NCBI GenBank assembly: GCA_016187515.1
Contig: JACPJN010000006.1
Span: 192,856-256,855, forward strand
Origin: Candidatus Uhrbacteria bacterium
GTDB taxonomy: Bacteria; Patescibacteriota; Patescibacteriia; GWA2-47-26
Length of the DNA stretch: 64,000 bases
Reading direction: 5' to 3'
The position numbers and the translations under genes were made by a program. Every line of letters starts with the position of its first letter. Position 1 is the first letter of the stretch. Of this stretch, positions 42,923 to 51,948 are shown one piece after another. Under the pieces are notes generated by a model. The model was not told where the DNA came from, made no database searches, and saw only the letters and a program-made list of their open reading frames with translations.

Positions 42923-44326
42923 TCAAAGCAATTTTTTCTGCGCGGCTTTTTCTTGCTCATCAAAAATATTTACCACCCCGTACTCGCCGTCATAACCGGG
43001 CGGATCGATTTTAACTTTTCCATCGCGCACTCTTTTTATTGCTTCCGCCAGGCGCGGCGAGGCAATAGCCGCGATCTCTTGCGGCAGTAGATTCAAAAGT
43101 AAATTCAGCTCTGTCCCCGCTTTCGCGACTAAATCCCAATACACTTTCTTCACGCTTTTCGCGCTTCTTCCTTTTACTCCTTCGGCTTCGGCAATAATTT
43201 TATCCAGTTCAATAAGCGGCCAAAATTGCGGGTGCGCGAGCGGAACACGGCCGGCTGGCTCATTGGCCAACTCCTCCACGCGCGAAAGCACGCCGACGGT
43301 TACGAGTTTTTTGCATTTCGGACAAATGCCGCCTAACTTCTTGGTTTCTTTAGGATGCAAGCACGCTTTACACGCGCGATGGCCGTCATAATGATAACGG
43401 CCTTCGTCGGGAATGAACTCCAGAGTGCCGGACATCCGCAATCCGCCCCCTCCCCTAACCCCTCCCACCGAGGGAGGGGGATCCTTTTTTACTCCCTCTC
43501 CCTTTATGGGAGAGGGCTGGGGTGAGGGTGGTTGCGTCAACTTCGCAGGTGCAGCATTGCGTATCGCCTCCATGATGGCATCGTACGACAGCGCACTCTC
43601 GCTTCCCTCAAACACGGTTGCCTCTCTTCCCAGGTTTGGCAATGAGTGAGCATCGGCAAAAGAGACCAGCGCCACGCGGTCAAGTTCGCGCACGCGCCAG
43701 CACATTGGCGGATCGGCGGACAGCCCGGTTTCAATGGCAAAAATATGCGGAGTCAATTCTTCAAAACACTCTTTAATGGAATCAAACCCGGAATTGGATC
43801 CGAAGATCGCAAACCAAGGAGTAAAAGCATGCGCCGGGATCATCACATTGCGCGGGTCAATCCCTAAAATAATTTTCAACAGCTCTTTTGAGCTCATGCC
43901 GATGATGGCGCGCCCATCTGATCCTAGTTTGCACCCGCGCGTGAGTAGCGCGGCATTTATTTCCCCCGCCACCTTTATCGAAGGCGCGTAAATACAATGA
44001 TGCACCCTTCTCACTTTGCGTGCACCTTGAGAGTAAATACACGCCAGCTCCGTGCCCAGCATGAAAAGCGTGGGCTTTTTAGGCAGAGGAATTGGCGGGG
44101 GCGAGGTTGGCGCGCCTCCATCCCGCAACACATACAAGCTCTCTCGGCCGCTCGGAACTAACTTTTCCTTGATCTCCTCAAACCATTTTGTATGCGTAAA
44201 GTCGCCGGCAGAAACAATATCCACGCCTTTAACCCGGCACCAGGCGTCGATATTTTCAAGGGTAAGCGCCGGTGAACACGCGCGGGCGTATTTTGAATGC
44301 GTGTGGAGATCGGCAATGAATCGCAT
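42923..44326 (-). CDS. PHP-domain nuclease, Endonuclease Q-like, with a C-terminal Zn-ribbon
   Basis: N-terminal MRFIADLHTHSKYARA (PHP His motif). C-terminal CKACLHPKETKKLGGICPKCKK. There is a large palindromic insertion at 43444-43533. Confidence 0.45.
   Translation of the reverse strand: MRFIADLHTHSKYARACSPALTLENIDAWCRVKGVDIVSAGDFTHTKWFEEIKEKLVPSGRESLYVLRDGGAPTSPPPIPLPKKPTLFMLGTELACIYSQGARKVRRVHHCIYAPSIKVAGEINAALLTRGCKLGSDGRAIIGMSSKELLKIILGIDPRNVMIPAHAFTPWFAIFGSNSGFDSIKECFEELTPHIFAIETGLSADPPMCWRVRELDRVALVSFADAHSLPNLGREATVFEGSESALSYDAIMEAIRNAAPAKLTQPPSPQPSPIKGEGVKKDPPPSVGGVRGGGGLRMSGTLEFIPDEGRYHYDGHRACKACLHPKETKKLGGICPKCKKLVTVGVLSRVEELANEPAGRVPLAHPQFWPLIELDKIIAEAEGVKGRSAKSVKKVYWDLVAKAGTELNLLLNLLPQEIAAIASPRLAEAIKRVRDGKVKIDPPGYDGEYGVVNIFDEQEKAAQKKLL
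43444..43533. repeat. Palindromic element in-frame in the EndoQ-like gene
   Basis: The sequence ccgccccctcccctaacccctcccaccgagggaggggg...ccctctccctttatgggagagggctggggtgagggtgg encodes PSPQPSPIKGEGVKKDPPPSVGGVRGGGG on the minus strand. Confidence 0.6.
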
Positions 44327-44338
44327 AATTCTAGAACG

Positions 44339-45103
44339 CTACAATCCTCTCTCCCCCGGCCCAACATACTCCGCCTCCTCCTCCGTAAGCCGGCGCAAAC
44401 CGTTTTTACTCATCATTTCCTCGTAAATATGGGCGACCAGCCCGGGCACACGTCCAACAATGAAAAAACCTTTGGCCACTTTCCAATCAAATCCCATATC
44501 CGAGATGATGGCGCCCATGGCGCCGTCCACATTCAGCGGAAGTTTTTTTGAAGAAATCGCATTGATCTCCTCGCTCGCCTTCCGGGCAAACGCGCAGTGC
44601 TGCCCATAAAATCCGGTTTCCTTCGCAATCTCAAACAACGCTTCAGAGCGCGGATCATGGTCTAAAATTTTATGCCCATATCCGGGAATACGAATTTTTT
44701 CCTTGCGCAGGCGCGCGACCAGCCCGGCCGCATCCGGCTCGCTGGCGTGCTCTTGAAAAAATTTCGCCGCGTCTTCAATCGCGCTGCCGTGGAGCGTTCC
44801 CATCGCAAGAATCCCGGCCGCCAGCGCGGTATGCAAACTGTTGCCGGTGGAGACCACCGTGCGCGCGGTCATGGCCGAAGACACTCCGATCCCGTGATCA
44901 ATCGCGGCGGTAAACAAGGCATTCATCATCCGCGTTTCCCTGGCCTTTGGCAACTCTCCTTTAAGTACCAAAAAAATCACTTCCACAAAACTTTTTTCGC
45001 GGATAAGCTCTTTAAGATCATATCCATAAATTAACTCTTTTCCGTCTTGGACGTGACTGATGGCTGTGCTCCATTGCATAATTGTAAAATTTTTACGCGC
45101 CAT
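44339..45103 (-). CDS. citrate-synthase-like small protein (citryl-CoA lyase-type)
   Basis: A 254-aa protein with the citrate synthase signature region IPGYGHKIL and the catalytic His/Asp context. Its size matches CCL, the AclA C-domain homologue. Confidence 0.55.
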   Translation of the reverse strand: MARKNFTIMQWSTAISHVQDGKELIYGYDLKELIREKSFVEVIFLVLKGELPKARETRMMNALFTAAIDHGIGVSSAMTARTVVSTGNSLHTALAAGILAMGTLHGSAIEDAAKFFQEHASEPDAAGLVARLRKEKIRIPGYGHKILDHDPRSEALFEIAKETGFYGQHCAFARKASEEINAISSKKLPLNVDGAMGAIISDMGFDWKVAKGFFIVGRVPGLVAHIYEEMMSKNGLRRLTEEEAEYVGPGERGL

Positions 45104-45116
45104 TACGCGCTGCGCT

Positions 45117-46013
45117 TCATGAATAATCCTTTACCAACTCGGCCAATTGTTCATATTGTTCCGCGATCATCACCCCCGCATCGGCCAGCGCTTTTTCTTT
45201 TTCGGCCGCGCCGCGCCCGCGCTCCACAATCGCTCCGGCATGTCCGATATTCATCCCGACCGGCAGCGCGCTGGCGAATTTGCCCCCCACATACACTGCC
45301 AGCGGTTTGGTAAATTCTTTATTTTTCAGCATATCCACGATCTCAAACTCATAACTTCCGCCATGCTCGCCGAAAATTACGACGGCCTTGGTTGAATCAT
45401 CTTTCGCAAATAATCGCAGCAGATCTTTGTAGGTCGTGCCCAGGAGTAAATCTCCTCCCACATGCACCGCCGCGCTTTGCCCCATCCCGGCGCGCCGCAC
45501 TTGCCAGGCCACTTCATTGGTCATCCCGCCGGAACGCGAAATAATGCCAATGCTTCCGGGCGTAAAAATCTCGTCCGTAAGATTTTTCGGCCCGCCGACC
45601 ACCCCGATGCGTCCGACGCCCGGCACAATGTAGCCAAGCGATGCCGGACCAATTATCTGAATTCCTTTTCCCTTGGCCGCGGCAAAACAATAGGCGGTAT
45701 CTTGAATGGGAATTCTCTCGACAATCACATTAATTTGCGGAATATTATTTTCTATTGCTTCCAGTATAGCAGATTTGGCGGCAAATGGCGGCACGTAGAT
45801 CGCACTCACCTCCACACCCCCTAGAATATCCACGGCCTCTTGGACTGAATTGAACACTGGCTTGCCTAAAACGGTCTCCCCGCCTTTTCCCGGACGCACG
45901 CCGCCAACCACCCTGGTTCCATACTCCAGCATCGCCGCCGCCGCCTTCTGCCCTTCTTTGCCGGTAATGCCTTGGATCAGCACTTTTGTATCATTGTCTA
46001 TCAAAATCCCCAT
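45117..46013 (-). CDS. succinyl-CoA synthetase alpha-like (CoA-binding) subunit (SucD/CcsB/AclA-N-like)
   Basis: VLIQGITGKEGQ, SRSGGMTNE, and the phospho-His loop GHAGAIV. Confidence 0.75.
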   Translation of the reverse strand: MGILIDNDTKVLIQGITGKEGQKAAAAMLEYGTRVVGGVRPGKGGETVLGKPVFNSVQEAVDILGGVEVSAIYVPPFAAKSAILEAIENNIPQINVIVERIPIQDTAYCFAAAKGKGIQIIGPASLGYIVPGVGRIGVVGGPKNLTDEIFTPGSIGIISRSGGMTNEVAWQVRRAGMGQSAAVHVGGDLLLGTTYKDLLRLFAKDDSTKAVVIFGEHGGSYEFEIVDMLKNKEFTKPLAVYVGGKFASALPVGMNIGHAGAIVERGRGAAEKEKALADAGVMIAEQYEQLAELVKDYS

Positions 46014-46059
46014 ACCTGTGCTTAATTTCTCAATGCTAATGACTTAATTATCAAATTAC

Positions 46060-47211
46060 TTAATTACTATGAGCTACCATCTCCGTCAGAACTTTTGCCG
46101 TCTCGGACATGCTGATTTCCTTTCCGAACAGTTTCATCTTGAGATTATTGCGTTTCGCGCACGCTTTGAGAAGCGCCAGGCCTTCTTTTTCATACGGCCC
46201 CGCGCGGCGCGCCACAATCGGATACGCCGGTCTTATTTCATCAAGCGCGTCCGCAATTCCTTGAAACGTGTCTTTCACGCTGGTAAAATTCGCAACCCCG
46301 CCGGCGATCCAAAGTCCGCGCAGGCCCGGCTTGGAAAGCACAATTTTTGCAAGCGCGTATACTTTTTCCCGCGGAGGATTGCCGGAATACTCGGTATAGT
46401 TGGCGGCCTGAAGTCCATGCTTTTCAAGCGCGTCCATATTCGCAATGCTGGCCCCGCCGCCGGAAAACAAAATCGCGATATCGCCGTCCATTTCAAGGTA
46501 CTTTCCGGCGGTACCGCGGTACCACGCCTCGCCTTCATCTATTTTCTTAACCTCCACTTCCCGTTTAGTGGGCAAACGTCCCAGCATGGTGCGCGGCGGA
46601 AAATTCTTCCATTCTTCATGGCGAAACCACGCGTCATCATCCAGCGCCACTTTCGCGTCGGCCGCGATCCAGCGGCCGTCTTTTGTCTTGACCAGTGGAT
46701 TAATCTCCGCCAGCCGAGCGTCTTCTTTTAAAAAACAATTCCACAATTCTTGCGCGCAAGGTACATCCACAGCAAGGCGATCACTCTTAATGCTTAATTC
46801 ATAATTCTTAATTCTTTCTCTCGGCACCTCTTCAATATCCACCCCGCCCTCTTCACTATAGATCAACACCGGCGCTTTCGCGCTGGTATCATAAGTAATG
46901 GAAACATAATGCTCCTGCGCAATATCTAATTTCTCTTCAATGCGCACCGCGGCAACATATTGCCCGCGGAGGTTTACGGAAAGTAATTCCTCCGCCGCCT
47001 GCCTCACTTCTTCTTCAGAAGAACAAAAACGAATTCCCGCGTTTTTCCCGCGCTTCCCGGAGAGCACTTGCGCTTTGGCCACCACCTCTTTTATCCCCAA
47101 CTCCTGATATTTACGAACCGGCTCCTCGCCGCGGTGAATACACAAACCCCGGGGAATCTTTATCCCGTGTTTTTGAAATAATTTTTTTCCTTCACATTCG
47201 TACAGGTTCAT
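46060..47211 (-). CDS. succinyl-CoA synthetase beta-like ATP-grasp subunit (SucC/CcsA/AclB-like)
   Basis: MNLYECEGKKLFQKHGIKIP...ATP-grasp....GGGASIANMD. I place the start at the MNLYE methionine. Confidence 0.65.
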   Translation of the reverse strand: MNLYECEGKKLFQKHGIKIPRGLCIHRGEEPVRKYQELGIKEVVAKAQVLSGKRGKNAGIRFCSSEEEVRQAAEELLSVNLRGQYVAAVRIEEKLDIAQEHYVSITYDTSAKAPVLIYSEEGGVDIEEVPRERIKNYELSIKSDRLAVDVPCAQELWNCFLKEDARLAEINPLVKTKDGRWIAADAKVALDDDAWFRHEEWKNFPPRTMLGRLPTKREVEVKKIDEGEAWYRGTAGKYLEMDGDIAILFSGGGASIANMDALEKHGLQAANYTEYSGNPPREKVYALAKIVLSKPGLRGLWIAGGVANFTSVKDTFQGIADALDEIRPAYPIVARRAGPYEKEGLALLKACAKRNNLKMKLFGKEISMSETAKVLTEMVAHSN

Positions 47212-47275
47212 AATTGGTAGTCCTCTCAATGTTCGTGCTTTTTCGTGTTCAAGTTCGTGTTCAAGGTTCGTGGCC

Positions 47276-47614
47276 CTACAACTCCATCCGAAACGCCGCG
47301 CCGTACTTTTTCAAGCCCAGCCGCTCATACAGCTTCTGCACTTTCGGACGCGAATCGCGACTGGTGGCGACTATTTTATAACACCCCCGCGCTTTTGCTT
47401 CTTCAACCGCCGCGCGTATTAACTGTGTACCAATACCCTTTCCACGATAGGACTCCTCTATAAATACATCTTCAAGTAATCCGTACGGCTGGTCATGCAA
47501 ATCGTTGGTAATCAGAAAAAGATAGGCGCGTCCAAACGCGCGCGCGCCTTCCTTGACCACGATTTTAATCGCGTAACTTTGCCGGGTTTCTTTTTCGATT
47601 TGCGTTTCAGACAT
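47276..47614 (-). CDS. GNAT-family N-acetyltransferase
   Basis: The acetyl-CoA binding motif A reads RGKGIGTQLIRAAVEEAKARG. Confidence 0.7.
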   Translation of the reverse strand: MSETQIEKETRQSYAIKIVVKEGARAFGRAYLFLITNDLHDQPYGLLEDVFIEESYRGKGIGTQLIRAAVEEAKARGCYKIVATSRDSRPKVQKLYERLGLKKYGAAFRMEL

Positions 47615-47617
47615 ACG

Positions 47618-48580
47618 CTAAACCGCAAGGTAATCCTTTAAAAACGGGCCGAGTTTTTTCGGATCTCCGCCGCCGCCTTCTTTTTCAAAATCAGCGCCCA
47701 GAACTGCTTTGGCTTTCACATTATCCTTATCTCTAACCATTGGCCTCCAGCGCTTCTTTTCCAATTCCCTTTTTTCCGGCGCGGAAAATTCATGGGTACT
47801 ATAGATGACCGCATCAAGAGGGCGGGGCAGATACTTCTGCAGTTGCGCGGCAAAATCACTTAACTTCTCCGGCCCGGTCTCTCCGTCCGCTTCATAGCAG
47901 CTGCCAATTATATACACGAGTTTTGCCTTGGAATACGCCAAGGCCTGCGCCGCTCCGCCAACCAGCATATTGGGAATAATACTGGTATATAAACTTCCGG
48001 GACCAAAACAGATGTAATCCGCGGACTCAATAACCTGTTTGGCATCTTTGGTGATTGCCGCTTCCGGTTCCAGCCAGGCCTTGACAATTTTTTTTGAACG
48101 ATCGTACTGCGGAACATCAATTTCGGCCTCGCCTTTGATGACCTCTCCGCTTGCCAGCTCCACGCACAAATCCGTCAAATCCATACTTACCGGATAAACG
48201 CGGCCGACCGCCTCTACGGCCTGCTCCAGCGCGCGCACCGCGTCCGTTATTGTTCCATACTTTCCGCCAAGCGCCAAAAAGAGATTGCCAAGATTATGCT
48301 GATCTAACGCGCCGGCATCGGCAAATCGATTTTTATAAAAAATGCTTTTCAGCAGCGCGTAGTCATAGCGCGATAAACTCAAAACCGCGCGCATAATATC
48401 GCCGGTCGGAATTACCCGCAGCTCACGGCGCAATCTGCCGGACGAACCGCCGGAATCACTGGTTGAAATAACCGCATTAAGTTCAATTTCATCAACCTGC
48501 GGTTTCAGCGCCTGCAAACATACGGCGGTTCCATTCCCTCCGCCGATAACCACAATTCGCTTTTTCGCCTCCTGATTCAT
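47618..48580 (-). CDS. YvcK/CofD-like (UPF0052) gluconeogenesis-factor family protein
   Basis: IVVIGGGNGTAVCLQAL....VISTSDSGGSSGRLRRE...IPTGDIMRAVL. Confidence 0.7.
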   Translation of the reverse strand: MNQEAKKRIVVIGGGNGTAVCLQALKPQVDEIELNAVISTSDSGGSSGRLRRELRVIPTGDIMRAVLSLSRYDYALLKSIFYKNRFADAGALDQHNLGNLFLALGGKYGTITDAVRALEQAVEAVGRVYPVSMDLTDLCVELASGEVIKGEAEIDVPQYDRSKKIVKAWLEPEAAITKDAKQVIESADYICFGPGSLYTSIIPNMLVGGAAQALAYSKAKLVYIIGSCYEADGETGPEKLSDFAAQLQKYLPRPLDAVIYSTHEFSAPEKRELEKKRWRPMVRDKDNVKAKAVLGADFEKEGGGGDPKKLGPFLKDYLAV

Positions 48581-48606
48581 AATTCTTAATTCTTAATTCG
48601 CAATTT

Positions 48607-50463
48607 TTATTCCACCGTCACGCTCTTCGCCAAATTTCTCGGACGATCGACGTCCCGTCCCAGCAAAGCGGCCATATAGTACGCCAACAGCTGCAACGGA
48701 ATGGTGTTGATCAGCGGCGCGGTGAGTTCCATGGTTGGCGGCACATAGATTACATCTTCGCTCAACTCCCGCGCCCAAACATCGCCTTCGGTTGCCACGA
48801 TAATCACGGGCGCCCTTCTGGATCGAATCTCTTCAATATTGCTGCACATTTTAGAGTACATCTGGTCTTGTGTCGCGATCGCCACCACCGGAAAATTTTT
48901 GGAAAGCAGCGCGATCGGGCCATGTTTCATTTCTCCGCCGGGATAGGCCTCGCTGTGAATATAGGAAATCTCTTTGAGTTTGAGCGACCCCTCCAGCGCT
49001 ACGGGAAAATTTATCCCTCGTCCGAGGTACAGCGCGTGTTCGATGCCTTTATACTTTTGGGCAATACGCTCAATGTCGCCGCCGCGGGACAAAATTGTTT
49101 CAATCTGGCCCGGGGCCTTGGTAATTGCCTGAAGCAGCCGCTGGCCGGTTGCCACCGTGACTCTTCTTAGTCGTCCAAACTGCAGCGCGTATAAAAGCAG
49201 TACCGCGACCATATTGGTATAGGCCTTAGTGGACGCGACCGCAATCTCCGGACCAGCGTGGATATAGGTCCCGCCATCGGATTCCCGCGCGATAGTGGAT
49301 CCGATAACATTCACGATACCGCGGACGTACGCGCCCTTGCGCTTTGCTTCGCGCAGCGCCGCGAGCGTATCCGCGGTCTCTCCGGATTGCGACACCGCAA
49401 ACACGAGCGTATGTTGGTCAACAATCGGATCGCGATAGCGAAATTCGCTGCCCACATCAATTTCGGCCGGTATTCCCGCTAACCGCTCAAAAGCATACTT
49501 GCCAACCATCGCGGCGTAGGAAGCCGTACCGCAGGCGATCAGCGATACGCGCTTAACTGCCCGCATTTCATCTTCGCTCATATTCAGTCCGCCCAGATGC
49601 GCGGCGCCTTCTTCCATATTAAAACGGCCCCGAATCGCGTCTTTGAGCACGGTGGGCTGATCAAAAATTTCTTTAAGCATAAAGTGCGGATACCCTTGTT
49701 TTTGCGCTTGCTCATCATTCCAGTCCAGCTCTTCAATATGCTTATCCACGATCGCGCTTTTCAGATTCACCACCGGCAGACGATCACGAAACACCGTCGC
49801 GATTTCCCCGTCATTCAAAAATATGACGCGCTTGGTATAGGGCAGCATGGGGGTGGCGTCACTGGCAATAAAATGTTCGCCATCGCCGACCCCGATCACC
49901 AATGGACTTCCTAAACGCGCGGCAACAATCTCGTCCGGGTGCGCGCGGTGCATGACTGCCAAACCATAAGTTCCGCACGCATGCTGAAGCGCGGAGCTTA
50001 CCGCGGCGCGTAAATCCCCTTTATAATGAGTTTCAATAAGATGCGCGAGAATTTCCGAATCGGTTTTGGATTGCAGCGCGTGTCTTTCACCAAGACGCGC
50101 GCGAATCTCGCGATAATTTTCAATAATGCCGTTGTGCACCAGCATCAGGTCGCCCGTGCAGTCCGTATGCGGGTGCGCGTTTTCTTCGGTAATCCAGCCG
50201 TGAGTGGCCCAGCGGGTGTGCGCGATGCCCAGGGTGCCGCCAGTCAATTTGCCGCCTTGCCGCACCCGTTCATCCAGCGCGTCAATTCTACCCACGCTGC
50301 GCACGCGCTCCAGCACTGGACTACTATACTCTAAATTCTGCTTTCTAGATTCTAAGATGGCGACTCCCGCGCTGTCATACCCGCGATATTCAAGACGGCG
50401 CAGGCCTTGGAGTAAAATCGGCAGAGCCGGCTGCTTCCCAATATATCCTACAATCCCGCACAT
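48607..50463 (-). CDS. glmS: glutamine--fructose-6-phosphate aminotransferase
   Basis: MCGIVGYIG at the N-terminus (Ntn Cys1), two SIS domains, and C-terminal ...SVTVE. Confidence 0.85.
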   Translation of the reverse strand: MCGIVGYIGKQPALPILLQGLRRLEYRGYDSAGVAILESRKQNLEYSSPVLERVRSVGRIDALDERVRQGGKLTGGTLGIAHTRWATHGWITEENAHPHTDCTGDLMLVHNGIIENYREIRARLGERHALQSKTDSEILAHLIETHYKGDLRAAVSSALQHACGTYGLAVMHRAHPDEIVAARLGSPLVIGVGDGEHFIASDATPMLPYTKRVIFLNDGEIATVFRDRLPVVNLKSAIVDKHIEELDWNDEQAQKQGYPHFMLKEIFDQPTVLKDAIRGRFNMEEGAAHLGGLNMSEDEMRAVKRVSLIACGTASYAAMVGKYAFERLAGIPAEIDVGSEFRYRDPIVDQHTLVFAVSQSGETADTLAALREAKRKGAYVRGIVNVIGSTIARESDGGTYIHAGPEIAVASTKAYTNMVAVLLLYALQFGRLRRVTVATGQRLLQAITKAPGQIETILSRGGDIERIAQKYKGIEHALYLGRGINFPVALEGSLKLKEISYIHSEAYPGGEMKHGPIALLSKNFPVVAIATQDQMYSKMCSNIEEIRSRRAPVIIVATEGDVWARELSEDVIYVPPTMELTAPLINTIPLQLLAYYMAALLGRDVDRPRNLAKSVTVE

Positions 50464-50570
50464 AAATTCTGGCTTAGGGAACTGTCGGCAACAGCCCCTT
50501 GAACAAACGAGGGGGCGCGGGAATTACACGCGCCCCATTCCAACTACTCGATGATAAAGAAACTCTGTAC

Positions 50571-51548
50571 TTATCCCTCCACGCTGCGCCCGATCAAATG
50601 AGCAATCACCCCAGCGAGCTTTCGCGGAGAATGGCGAACCAGCGGCGGTTCCGAAAGGTAGTCGCCGCCTCGCAGGGTACGGCCTTCCAGCCGCGCAAGA
50701 TCGCCGGCCGGGATCGGGTAAGCGCGATCCTCTTGGGCATACTGTTCTGCGCGCTGCTCATCCAGAACGCCGGTATTATAGAGGACGCAATCAATGCGAT
50801 TCTTCAGATACTGCTCCAGTGTATCCACCAGTTCAGGCACGGTAAAACCGTCGGTCTGGCCTTTCGTGGTCACCAGATTACAAACGGCGATAATCCGCGC
50901 TCTACTTTCCGCGATGGCCGCTACGACCCCGCCCACGAGCAGGACCGGCACCACGCTGGAGAACAAATCTCCCGGACAGAGAATAATGTAATCCGCGCGG
51001 CGAATCGCCTCGGCTGCCGCGCCCAGCATCAGCGCGTTTGGTTTGAGCCATACTTCCCGAATCCGGTCATGGTCGCCAAGCATACCGCGCAGTTCGTCAA
51101 ACTGCGCTTCCCCATGGATCTCGGCTCCGTCAAGAGAACGTCCATGGAGGGTAATACTTCCGACGGTCACCGGCAGGACGTGGCATTCCGGGGAAATCTG
51201 CAAGATTTGTTCCAGATACGCGATCGCCTCCAAAAAACTGCCGGTGGTCTGGTGCAAAACAGTGAGCAGCCAGTTACCCGCGTTGTCGCCTTCCAAAGAT
51301 CCGCCGGCAAAGCGATGACGAAGCAGGGTGCGCGCGGAATCGCCCGGAAGGCCAGAGAGCGCCAGCAAACACTGGAGCACATCCCCGGGCGGAAGCGCGC
51401 CGTACTTGTCGCGCAAGCGTCCGGAACTGCCTCCGGAATCGGCCATGGAAACAATGGCCGTAACGTCCACGCCGGCAATGAGCTTACAGGCGCACAACGT
51501 CATGTAGTGGCCGGTACCGCCTCCCAGCGTGACGACTTTCGCATTCAT
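50571..51548 (-). CDS. YvcK/CofD-like family protein (second paralog)
   Basis: VVTLGGGTGHYMTLCA...VSMADSGGSSGRLRDKYGALPPGDVLQCLLAL. Confidence 0.65.
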   Translation of the reverse strand: MNAKVVTLGGGTGHYMTLCACKLIAGVDVTAIVSMADSGGSSGRLRDKYGALPPGDVLQCLLALSGLPGDSARTLLRHRFAGGSLEGDNAGNWLLTVLHQTTGSFLEAIAYLEQILQISPECHVLPVTVGSITLHGRSLDGAEIHGEAQFDELRGMLGDHDRIREVWLKPNALMLGAAAEAIRRADYIILCPGDLFSSVVPVLLVGGVVAAIAESRARIIAVCNLVTTKGQTDGFTVPELVDTLEQYLKNRIDCVLYNTGVLDEQRAEQYAQEDRAYPIPAGDLARLEGRTLRGGDYLSEPPLVRHSPRKLAGVIAHLIGRSVEG

Positions 51549-51889
51549 GATTTCAGCCCTCCCTGATTGTGCTGGCGCGGACCATCTTCGGCCTGCCGAA
51601 GAAAATCATCGGCACACTCCCGCGCCCAACGATTCACGTGGTCTTTTCTTGCGCCAACTCGGAAAGCAAATCCGCACCCTTCATCTCCGGGTACCAGATT
51701 GCTCTTGCATACCCAGAAACGCGATCCCAAACGGCGTACCGTAATCATCTCGCGATCGCGGGCAAGGTAGCAGCAGCAGACCGGACAAGAACGCTGGGGC
51801 CGTCCGTTGAGTAATTTCCCCGTTACGCTAATGGTCCCCAGTAGCGGTAGGTATGACCCCCGCACCGGTTTTAGCGGTGTTTTTGGCAA
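51545..51889 (-). CDS. hypothetical Cys-rich protein
   Basis: 114 aa with CPVCCC....VCK....GCGF. There is a 4-nt overlap with the downstream YvcK-like gene. Confidence 0.35.
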   Translation of the reverse strand: MPKTPLKPVRGSYLPLLGTISVTGKLLNGRPQRSCPVCCCYLARDREMITVRRLGSRFWVCKSNLVPGDEGCGFAFRVGARKDHVNRWARECADDFLRQAEDGPRQHNQGGLKS

Positions 51890-51948
51890 GGTGCGATTAC
51901 CTCCTTAATCCGTGTCTCGCTAACGCCTTGCGTCAGCGCGACACGGAT

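Noticed and set aside
50464-50570. Looked for a glmS ribozyme in the 5' region of glmS
   Set aside because: The intergenic space is only about 107 nt. It contains a hairpin (ggggcgcg-tgtaattcc-cgcgcccc) that looks like the terminator of the upstream YvcK-like gene. There is no room and no conserved core for the roughly 170-nt glmS ribozyme.
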